DNA of 58,224 nt, filler included, from Squatina squatina (lineage: Eukaryota), in assembly GCA_031763465.1 (NCBI GenBank). It is 3 parts of 3 records of this genome, joined end to end, with 100 filler letters (N's around TTAATTAATTAA, not from the genome) between each part and the next. Parts side by side here need not be neighbours in the genome. Positions count along the whole stretch, not along the records: positions 1 to 23,784 come from JARFOE010000073.1; positions 23,885 to 36,711 come from JARFOE010000100.1; 1 more part is not named here. One strand, given 5' to 3'. The position numbers were made by a program, and so were the translations under genes. The notes below the pieces were generated by a model, which saw only the letters and a program-made list of their open reading frames with translations, searched no databases and was not told the DNA's origin. Each line of letters opens with the position of its first letter. Within the stretch, counting starts at the first letter, position 1. Below are positions 23,453 to 33,641 of this stretch, piece by piece.

Positions 23453-23784
23453 AGACACTATGGAAAGAGAAAGCTGTCACTATTTTAGAGTCCATCACAA
23501 GCTGTTGACATTCGTGTGGACTATATGGTGACATGTTCCCGGTGGGAACAGCAACTCTGCAATGCAAGCAAGTTTATTCCTACTGTGTGTTGATAAATCA
23601 CAGTGGAGGAAGCGCATCTAATTTTACAGGGGCCCTGTAAATGGCTCTTGTCCTCATACAAAAGAAAGCATTTGTATTTATAAAGCAAAAAATGCTGGAA
23701 AAACTCAGCAGGTTAGGCAGCATCTGTGGAGATCACCCTTCGTCAGAACTGAAAAAAGTCAGAAATGCAGCCAGTTTTCAAGCA

Positions 23785-23884
23785 NNNNNNNNNNNNNNNN
23801 NNNNNNNNNNNNNNNNNNNNNNNNNNNNTTAATTAATTAANNNNNNNNNNNNNNNNNNNNNNNNNNNNNNNNNNNNNNNNNNNN
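23785..23884. other. Artificial scaffold-joining linker
   Basis: Exactly 44 N + TTAATTAATTAA (23829-23840, stops in all six frames) + 44 N. Gene content changes abruptly across it. Confidence 0.9.
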
Positions 23885-24417
23885 CACACACACACAAAAC
23901 ACATCAAACACCTACAGATCATAATAGTTATTTAGTTTAGTTGTTTCAAATTAAGAAATGCAAATTCACTGGTTAACATACATATTTTCAAAAATTAAGC
24001 TCAGATAGCAACATTAAGTTCCAGCATAAATAAAGTATTCCACACTTATAACCTAGTTTCATAAACTCGCATTTGGTGGGAGGAAAAGAATGTGACAGTG
24101 TGTATTCCATGGTATTCAAGACATACAAATGCAGAATAAATACCAGTACAACAAACTGAATATTCAAACATGCCGCCAGGCCAATAATTAAATTGACTAA
24201 TACTTTCCTTAAGTAACCATGCAAATCATCAACACTGCATTTTAAATACAATTTGGTACTGATCAGTAATTTAAGAGCCCATATCATTCTAACCATATTT
24301 TAAGATATTACTCATAGTATTAAGGCTACTTAACAGCTGATCTCTAAACTGCTAAAATATACAATTTGGGAGCTACACCCACAAATATATAGATTCTAAA
24401 TAGAAATTAGCACTCAC

Positions 24418-24560
24418 CTAGCTCCATGCAGCATTTCATGTGCATAATTGTAGAGGCCTACTATTGCCTTTCGTTCTTCAATCCGAGACACCATTATCAT
24501 TAGTGTTGTGTAGGTTACAACTAAGTCCAAGTAATTTTTGGTTAAATCAAAGTTGACAGT
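24418..24560 (-). CDS. NCKAP1: NCK-associated protein 1, exon 5
   Basis: ctcaaag|ACTGTC...GCTAG|gtgag, 143 nt. Reads [47 protein letters not shown], near-identical to recalled NCKAP1. Confidence 0.96.
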
Positions 24561-24685
24561 CTTTGAGGGTGGGGGGGGGGGGGGGGGTGGCAAGAGNNNN
24601 NNNNNNNNNNACAAAAAACTCAACATAAAAATGTTGTAAATTTGGTATCTTCTGTTGAAAATTGTGAACTTCTGGAAATACTTAC

Positions 24686-24742
24686 AATATCAAAAAAAAC
24701 TTGACAAGCATCAATAGTGTTCAGCAGTTCACTCACATGATC
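24686..24742 (-). CDS. NCKAP1: NCK-associated protein 1, exon 4
   Basis: cccatag|GATCAT...GATATT|gtaag, 57 nt. Reads DHVSELLNTIDACQVFFDI. Confidence 0.95.
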
Positions 24743-25161
24743 CTATGGGGGAGACAATTTATACAATAAAGTGGCATTATTACTTATAATGAAAAGGAAA
24801 GGGACAGAAAGATAACAAGAACAGGGGAGGGGAGCAGAAAAGAGCATGAAATTGGTTATGTGCTATGCAACAGCAGGATATCGTAGCAGAAACTACAAAA
24901 TGATCCCAGCCCAGAAAAGACATGGGCATACAGACAAAATAGCTCCACAGCCACAAGAAGCGAGGACGAATGCAATATACTCATACAGCCAGAATAAACG
25001 AATGGGACATTTCCAGCCAGACACAAAAGGCACGAATGGGGAAATTGAACTAGAAAAGTGGNNNNNNNNNNNNNNNNNNNNNNNNNNNNNNNNNNNNNNN
25101 NNNNNNNNNNNNNNNNNNNNNNNNNNNNNNNNNNNNNNNNNNNNNNNNNNNNNNNNNNNNN

Positions 25162-25335
25162 ATTTATCCCTCAATCATCATTATCACATTGCTGCTTGTG
25201 GGAGCTTGCTGTGCTCAATTGGCTGCCACGTTTACAACAGTGAATACATTTCATAAGTACTTTGTCGGCTGTAAAGCACTTTGGGATGTCCCGATGTTAT
25301 GAAAGGCGCTATGTAAATGCAAGTCGTTCTTTCTT
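25162..25335 (+). mobile_element. DeuSINE 3' part
   Basis: ATTTATCCCTCAATC...GTGGGAGCTTGCTGTG...AGGCGCTATGTAAATGCAAGTC, as in the other SINE copies. Confidence 0.65.
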
Positions 25336-25901
25336 TAATTAACTTTGAATACGACATAAGAAAACACAATGTATGCAGGATAGAGACAGCAAAATTCCGG
25401 ATGAATACACCAATACAGGCTATAATCATCATACAAGCATCCAATCCACATGCCCAAAGGCGACATTGTAGTCTCAGTCCAAAATGACTGCACACGGTCT
25501 TAGTGTGGTAATTATCTTTTATAATTAAGCAAGCTTCTAAAATTCCACTTGTATTTTATAATTTTTAAATGGTAAGCAGCATAAAGTTAAACAGGGTACA
25601 GAACCCCAGATCACATTACTCAATATAATAGATCAATTCACCATCAGGAGTCAGGTATCTAGCATCATTACTAAATGTAATCTCGAACAATTAAACTATT
25701 AGCTGCGTCAATGATTGTAAATCTTATGCAGAAGATATCCTAATTTAAATATATATATTAAAACATAAAAATTTATGCAGTAAACTTGAAGCATTTGTTT
25801 AAATATGTCAATTCACTGTTTACTGACATGGCAATTTTCATGACTACTTCAAAAAATACAAAAACTGTATTACACATCGATTCTTGTCATTCAGTACTTA
25901 C

Positions 25902-26012
25902 ACTGTTGTTGCGAGTATCAACAACTGGAAACTTTTTGACAATGTATTTGACAGCAGATTCTAGGTTTTTGTCGATTAAGTATGATGGCTTTGCCTTTGG
26001 ATCCCCACATGC
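25902..26012 (-). CDS. NCKAP1: NCK-associated protein 1, exon 2
   Basis: ttgttgcag|GCATGT...AACAGT|gtaagt, 111 nt. Reads [37 protein letters not shown]. Confidence 0.96.
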
Positions 26013-26823
26013 CTGCAACAAAGAGAACAAAAAAGACATTACAGTGTCTTGGAGAGTTTTCCATTAATAGTTACAATCAAACTTTTCAGCAGTCAACCAG
26101 TGAAAATAAGAAATGTTAATACTGCTTTCAGTGAACAGGTGACAGAATGAGTAGGCAAGTGCAAGGGATCATCACAACTGGAGTATGCAATGGGAGAGAG
26201 AACTAGAGATGTGCTACAGAAGTATTACAGAACTCAGCAGTATAGCACTGAGTGAAATAGTTCACTCCTAAAGGGAAGAGGTGCATATTTTAATCTAAGC
26301 AGTACTGAGGTGGGCACTAAAAAGGTTGTTCAAAACTAGAAGATTGCATCCTTCAAAAACATTAGTAGCATTGTTGTCATAGTGCTTTATATGCTCAACT
26401 CAAACCTAGAGTTTAGGAGGGGGGGGGGGGGACATCTTAAAACAGTGCAAGCTTCTAGGTTTTTCTCTGTATTAGTCAACAAAAGTTTGCGCTTTAGGAA
26501 AGAAAATAATCTCTAGAGATCAGCAAAGAACATTTATTGGACTATTTTTTCTTTCAGCCTCAGGTGTTGTTTTCAAATAAATTTCAATGGAATTCCTAAG
26601 GGAGTTCAGAAGCATATCTTTATAACTACAAGGAAAGCAGAATACAGCATATAACCCAGTCTGCAGATGGAAAACCAGAATCATAACAGTTAATTTTGTC
26701 TAGCTTTCTACTCATTGATTTCTATAGCTCATCCATGGCCCTACGTATTGTGAATTACAAGAGAAAAGTCATGGGTGATGAGACTGGTCTGATAGCAGAG
26801 GGAAGGTGAAAAGCTTTGCAAAC

Positions 26824-26841
26824 CTTCCAAACTTGTCCTTG
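26824..26841 (-). CDS. NCKAP1: NCKAP1 alternative 18-nt microexon (QGQVWK)
   Basis: tctctttttctgttacaatgcttcctcag|CAAGGACAAGTTTGGAAG|gtttgc, phase 0-0. QGQVWK is the insert I recall from the longer mammalian NCKAP1 isoform (..NIKKQGQVWKACGDP..). Confidence 0.88.
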
Positions 26842-28329
26842 CTGAGGAAGCATTGTAACAGAAAAAGAGAACACATGTAAAACACAAGTTTCCAACATCT
26901 GGCATGCGTCTACACAAAGTTTAGGGAACAATACTTTAAATGCCTAATTATAAATGTGTAAACGGCAAAAGTGCACAGATTCAAGACAAATCAAGTATCG
27001 GCTAGATCAGATCATCCTCTGTCCATGTAAAACACTAAGGAAAAGCTCCCAGAAATACTCCTACTTTAGTTTTACTCATGACTCAAATTTATAAAATTTA
27101 CACTAATTTAATACCATACATTAACAAGAAAAAAATATTGCTGACTGGATATGATTGAACCCGCAAATTCAGAAGACAGGCACAGTGCATGCAAAATCAC
27201 TTCAAAGACAGCATGCAGGACATCTGAGGAAGTCTGCAAAACCTACTTTGTAGAGTTATAAAGGCGTTACATGCAATTGAAGACGGAATCTGGACAGAGG
27301 AATTTAAAGTTAAGTTAAAGAAAAGCAGTTGTAAAATAATTTGCAATCCTCTTGAAATGTTGAATTTTGTCTACTGTAGATTGCTGACAGTAACAAAACC
27401 ATGAACTGACCCTGCCCAAATCTGCAGAATTTTAAAAGCAATTTTACCACTACAATTTTAGCAAGTATATGTCATATAAAAGTAAATCAAACAACTTTAG
27501 ATTCATGTAAGTTATCAAACTTCCTTTAATATTGTCACTGAAGAAATATTTGATGAAACAAAAACACCAAAATGTAAACAGTATATTTACAACATACAGT
27601 TTCATACAAACTACAATGTGAATTTATGGTAACTACTTTTGATTTTCTTTTCCTTTCCCCATATATTGGCCTACAAAAGTAGTTTGAAGTCTAGAACATT
27701 GCTTTTTGAATGTAAACTATGCTGTTACAGCATCACTGCTAAAAAATTGTGTACAAGTACAAATTGCAATAAAGCAAAATTGCTTACATTTGTGCCTGTC
27801 TATGGTACTCTGCATCCGCAGACAATGGTGACATTTTTGGTTTAAGGCAGCTGAGCACCGTAACAGAACACAATTATGGTTGCATCAAGCATTACATTAT
27901 TAGTACATAATATAGAGTATCTACTGTAGGTATCTTAGGTGCATTGAGTTGAACTACCTACAAATAAGAAAATCTGTGGAAGCAGACTGCACTTTCCTTT
28001 AGGTGTCTTCCTGCCCACCCGATAGGACAACAGCAACTTCTTACTTATATGTACAACTAAACAAATTAGGAACAAATTAAAAATTGAAGTTTTACATTTG
28101 TAAATTTTGAGAATGGAAAGATGAGTAGCAAGAGTCAAAATTATGGTTGCTTTGTTTTAACAGACCATCCTGTCTCTAATTTAAAAATCATGAAGCCATT
28201 CATTAACTATATGTTGCAATGCAGGTATTTCACAACATGCTTTCACAAGTGTGCAAGATATGCAGGCAGACACATTATGAAGGTGTCTCTCAATTACGAA
28301 AATACCTTCATCAACTGGTGCAATAGTCT

Positions 28330-29360
28330 GACCTGCGCATTGTTGGGCCGTAATTGCCCCTGGATCAGCTATCACTGTCCCTCTCCACATCTCCCTTCAG
28401 AATGTGAACAAGGCCCTTGCCATCCATGTGCTTGTTGTGGCTGATTGCATTAACATCATGGCCTTGACGAAAATCTGACTGAGGGGTGATGACGCCTTCA
28501 CCCTAAATGAAACCTCCCCGCTGGCTATACTTTCCACCACTTGCCCCACCCAAACAGCCGCGGTGGCAGTGTGGCTCTTATCAAATCACATCTTGGTCTG
28601 TCCTTCTACTCCTTTGAGCATCTCACCTTATTCCACCACTTGCCTCTCATTTAAAATCCTCTTTATCGCCCACCCAAGTACCATGCCAATTTTCTCTCAT
28701 ATCTTTACTGAGTTCCTCCCTCAGCCTCTGCACTGAGCAACTTCTCATCCTCTGTGATTTCAACCTCCATCTCAATTCATCATGCTCTTGCTCCCGAGTT
28801 CACTGTCTGCTTATCCTCCCTTAATCTCACCCTCCATGTAAACTCCCCAACCCATATTCACAGCCACTCCCCAGACCTTGCCACCTCATGTGGCCTCGCT
28901 ACTCCCATCATGTCAATCACAGATAAGGCTATCTTTGATTACTTCCTTATGTAGCTCTCCACCCACATTACCTTCCCCCTCTCCCTCCAACTCTACTTCC
29001 TTCTGTGTCTGCCCCTGGAAAAAAAACACTCCCAATTTACTTTAAAAATCCTAACTGTCTAGTCTTTGGCCCTCCATGCACTTCATTACTGAAGCTACTG
29101 ATCTTCTCAACCGCACCCTCACCTCAATTTCTGACGCCCTAGTCCTCAGTAGAACCATTATATTCTCTCACCCTGGTCATTTCCCCTGGTATGGCCCTCA
29201 CCTCTGCTCCCTTAAATCCAAAGGACACAGACTTGAACGTATTAGGCAGACAACTGATTTAGACGTTCATCGCCAGATCTGGCTGGACAACATAAAGCAG
29301 TATTGGATCCAGCTCGCCTCTGCCAAAACTACTCTCAATTCTAGGGTGCAAAGATAACCC
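28330..29360 (+). mobile_element. L2-clade LINE remnant (endonuclease and downstream region)
   Basis: Degraded DCINIMALT...RGGSVAL...LYRPPK...LTLHVNSPTHIHSHSPDL...PWYGPHL motifs across frameshifts. Confidence 0.65.
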
Positions 29361-29365
29361 CTGGC

Positions 29366-29507
29366 CAGTGTTCCCTCTAAGCTGTGCCGCACAGGCCACT
29401 CATCTGCTTTTCCACTGTAAATACCACGTATGTGCAGAAATTTAAAGAAACCTTGCAGTAAATGAAACAGGCCGTGCAGAACAAAGCATAGCTTACAGGG
29501 AACATTG
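29366..29507. mobile_element. hAT-like MITE (142 bp)
   Basis: TIRs CAGTGTTCCCTCTAAGCT and AGCTTACAGGGAACATTG (16/18). No 8-bp TSD is recognisable. Confidence 0.55.
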
Positions 29508-30066
29508 AGCGGGACTGACTGGATTGTTCTTCAAAAAGAGCCAACACATACTCGATGGGCCTATTTGCTGCCTTCTGTGCTGTACTATTCTGTAATATAT
29601 ATAATAGCTATCTAGAATATATGTAACATGTCATGAAGAGTGTATCCCACACTGAAACCCATTAGTGTAGTTCAGAGAAATTTCACAAATAAAAGAACAG
29701 CTTTGTATAAAGCTAGATTCCTCCAAAATAAACAAAAAACATTTGAAATCCAAAGCGAAGTTATGAGTCTCTAAAGCACAATAAAACACAGCAAATCGCC
29801 TTTAGGATTCCAGAATCAGTTGTCTTTAGTTGTTTAATCGTGGCATGAGCTAGATTGGCACATCCTCGAATGAAAATATTGGAATTAAGCAGTAATGAGG
29901 TCTTCCTGGCCCAACGGCATTATTTGTATGGCTGTGCCTTAGCTAGGACCAGCACATCTTAACCCCNNNNNNNNNNNNNNNNNNNNNNNNNNNNNNNNNN
30001 NNNNNNNNNNNNNNNNNNNNNNNNNNNNNNNNNNNNNNNNNNNNNNNNNNNNNNNNNNNNNNNNNN

Positions 30067-30274
30067 GCCGACGAAATCAAGGCTTTCTCAAAGGCTTCGC
30101 TCAGGAAACAGAGCACCAGAGTGACAACCGTAACTGGGAAAAGACTGATTGAAACACTGAGAGACGCTCGAGTGCAGATCGTGGAAGCCCAACAAACGGA
30201 TGGAGCTTGCGGATATGTCGAGGACACCAGTCTTGATCTGAAAGTTGGAGTTGTCAAACCGTGGCTGATGCTCG
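30067..30274 (+). CDS. DUSP19: Dual specificity phosphatase 19, exon 1 (start codon lost in gap)
   Basis: Reads ADEIKAFSKASLRKQSTRVTTVTGKRLIETLRDARVQIVEAQQTDGACGYVEDTSLDLKVGVVKPWLML(G)|gtgagc. Matches recalled DUSP19 [34 protein letters not shown]...DLQVGVIKPWLLLG. Syntenic with NCKAP1. Confidence 0.93.
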
Positions 30275-32111
30275 GTGAGCTAAATTTGACATTTTCTGCA
30301 CCATTGTTGCAGACTGCAGGATTGCTGCATTTATTATAATTGCTGAAGGGAGGAAAATAATCTTCTTGAAAGTTTTGTATTTTAATATAATTTATTGTTC
30401 AGTTAAAATACGATTGCAATAACGCCAAATTATGTAATAATAAGAATACGGTGAGATGCCTTTCCATTCTATAAACTAAAGGATTTATAGTAAGATTTCT
30501 CGCCGTGCTAACGAGAATGAAACGTGCTAATATTTGTGGCACAGTTCACTAGAATGGATTTATTCCTGAATTAAAATATTGCAAAAAGTCAAAGATATCC
30601 CTGGCTGCCGGCGGAGAAGGACAATAACCACAGTGACAGGACAGATGCACACACATTACGGACAGCAGTATCCGCACCTGTACAAGTACAGAATGAACTA
30701 GTTCGGGGATGGCGTCCCAAACTAGTTTATTTTTCAATATGCCATTCGGCTGTGCGTCTTTATAGTTTATATAAGTACTAAGATAATTGAGGTGTTTTCC
30801 TGTGATTGTTTCCACACCCGATTGGGGAGCGGGCGGACTGCTTCAGTAAAGTCTTTTGCTTCTTATTAAACCCGACTGTCTCTTATGTGAGGACTTTAAT
30901 TCCCTTTTTCCAGTATTCTCCCTTATTCTCAGATTTAGTAGGTGGTACAACCACGTCTTTGTGCTTCCTGTGGGGCAGTATATTTAAATGATAAGGTACT
31001 TTTCATCAATCCATGCAGTTTATTTCACAAGTAAATGTAACATAATATCAGAGATTATTGTCAGAATTTATTTGATGATCTCTTGTATACCACGCTTGAC
31101 TGAATGAACTAACTGGTTTTAGAGTAATGCGCTATGAGAAATAGTTTACAGAACNNNNNNNNNNNNNNNNNNNNNNNNNNNNNNNNNNNNNNNNNNNNNN
31201 NNNNNNNNNNNNNNNNNNNNNNNNNNNNNNNNNNNNNNNNNNNNNNNNNNNNNNCTCCAGTGCTGCTTTAGTTGCCAAGATGAAGAAAAGAATCTCCGCA
31301 TTTAGTTACATGCAGTCATTGATGATTTCCTGTTTGTTCTAGACTGAATCCATTCAATCTACCTACTTCAGCAAAGTAATGCAGCCAAAATATAGGAAAA
31401 TATTTCATTTTCAAAACTGCAGCTTGATTTTTATTAAAGTACAAAATATGATACTGTTCCAATTGACTTTTCTCAAGTGTAATGGAACAAACAAAACAAG
31501 TACTATCCTGCCACGATACATATATATTCCAAAGGTTTGAACATTTGGTTTACAAAACCTTCAATTTTGCTGAGTGTGCTTCTGGCTTGTATAGAATATT
31601 TCCCTGTCAGACACAATAACATTTAAGATGTGAGAAAAAATTATTGATATCTTGCTTCATTTAAAAAGAATATATCTAAATTCTCTTTTTTTGGTTGCAT
31701 GTTGCACAGATGTCAAACAATGGGAACTGGATGCATATTCAGTATCAGTCTAAACTTCAGGCCAGGAAAGCTTTAAGTAAAGATGGAAAGATTTTTGGGG
31801 AAGCTATCATGGTTGGAGTGAAGCCGTGCATCGAGAAAGTGAGTTGTTGAAATCGGTTGTCCCGATAGTAGTATAAAACTTCCAGCTCTTTGAAAATTTA
31901 AACTGAAGCCAAATTCTTTTCAGACAATTTAATGCTGAAAACCAAGATGAAGAGAATTTGGGAAAACTCCTGCTGATGCACTGAATGTACCTCTTTGACC
32001 AAACTTTTGGTCACCTGTCCTAATATCTCTGGCTTGGTGTCAAATTTTGTCTGAAAGTGCTCTTGTGAAGCACCTTGGGGTAATTTGCTACGTTATAGGT
32101 GCTATATAAAT

Positions 32112-32375
32112 GCACCTCCTGCATGCATCGGAGACATGGTCAATTTACAGCAGGTACTTCCAAGCACTGGAAACGTACCACCAACGTTGCCTCTGCAAAA
32201 TCTGGCAAATCCACTGGCAGGATAGGCGTACCAATGTCAGCGTCTTCTCAAGCCAACATCCCCAGCATCGAGGCGCTGGTCACGCTCAACTAGCTGCGCT
32301 GGACGGGCCACATCGTCCGCATGCCTGACACAAGACTCCCGAAATAAACACTCTATTCAGAGCTTCGGCACGGCA
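32112..32375 (+). mobile_element. RTE-clade LINE fragment
   Basis: Reads LLHASETWSIYSRYFQALETYHQRCLCKIWQIHWQDRRTNVSV...GHIVRMPDTRLP. Runs into a gap. Confidence 0.78.
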
Positions 32376-32880
32376 NNNNNNNNNNNNNNNNNNNNNNNNN
32401 NNNNNNNNNNNNNNNNNNNNNNNNNNNNNNNNNNNNNNNNNNNNNNNNNNNNNNNNNNNNNNNNNNNNNNNNNNNNNNNNNNNNNNNNNNNNNNNNNNNN
32501 NNNNNNNNNNNNNNNNNNNNNNNNNNNNNNNNNNNNNNNNNNNNNNNNNNNNNNNNNNNNNNNNNNNNNNNNNNNNNNNNNNNNNNNNNNNNNNNNNNNN
32601 NNNNNNNNNNNNNNNNNNNNNNNNNNNNNNNNNNNNNNNNNNNNNNNNNNNNNNNNNNNNNNNNNNNNNNNNNNNNNNNNNNNNNNNNNNNNNNNNNNNN
32701 NNNNNNNNNNNNNNNNNNNNNNNNNNNNNNNNNNNNNNNNNNNNNNNNNNNNNNNNNNNNNNNNNNNNNNNNCAGGCTCTAAGAGCCAAATGGCCTTCTC
32801 CTGCACCTATTTTCTATGTTTAATTTTATGAATGGTTTGAGCCAAATCTAATATTAATACCCCCTTTTTCTTTGTTTTAG

Positions 32881-32958
32881 GTGGTTTCAGACAGGCAGAC
32901 CCCTAGAAAGGATGAGAGTCTTGTTTCCAAAGCCATGGAGTACATGTTTGGTTGGTAG
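32881..32958 (+). CDS. NUP35: Nucleoporin 35 (NUP53), last coding exon
   Basis: ttttctttgttttag|GTG... reads [25 protein letters not shown]. Matches the recalled NUP35 C-terminus [24 protein letters not shown]. Confidence 0.95.
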   Translation: [25 protein letters not shown]

Positions 32959-33432
32959 TGCTCCTATTCAGGGATCTTGAGGAATATGGATTTTTGGAAG
33001 ACTAATAACATTTGCAGATAAACACTTAATGTGCAATTACGCACACTGCTCTAGTAATTAACAGCAAAAAAACTCTACCACTAATACAGTTTGGTTAGTT
33101 GTATAACCACTGTTATTGGGACATGGGTGTGCATTTATCGAGGCCTACTTTCTGACCAGGTAACTTGTAAATAGTTTGCACTTTAAAGTTTGACTTCATG
33201 CATAAGTTTACAGGAAGTGTGATTACAAGAGTGGTTGGCCACATAAAATTGGTAACCAGTGTTAAAATGTCAAATTGTTGCCTTTTTAATTTTTTGGTGC
33301 ATGCATTCCTCTAGTATGAAAATGTGTTTTGGGTGGGGTGGAATACTTTTCTGATCATGTTCTTTATTTCTCTGAACTGAAATCTGTCCCTGAGGCTTCC
33401 AATTGTAATTTTAATCTACCTTATCAAGTAAA

Positions 33433-33438
33433 AATAAA
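33433..33438 (+). promoter_or_regulatory. Candidate NUP35 polyadenylation signal
   Basis: AATAAA about 475 nt after the stop codon, following AT-rich UTR-like sequence. Confidence 0.45.
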
Positions 33439-33641
33439 TGATTTTTGTACATGTAGGCAAAGTCCATGACCTTGTGTAGTATAAATGATGTGCTGTCCTA
33501 AAATTCGTTTTTCCATATGGAGCTGACGGTGTTGCTTCAAANNNNNNNNNNNNNNNNNNNNNNNNNNNNNNNNNNNNNNNNNNNNNNNNNNNNNNNNNNN
33601 NNNNNNNNNNNNNNNNNNNNNNNNNNNNNNNNNNNNNNNNN

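Noticed and set aside
24414-24626. Polyproline N-terminus in the ORF track ([12 protein letters not shown])
   Set aside because: It is a translation of the intronic C tract upstream of the NCKAP1 exon 5 acceptor.
30067-32958. DUSP19-NUP35 fusion gene
   Set aside because: Splice phases are incompatible and two gaps intervene; these are neighbouring genes with missing exons.
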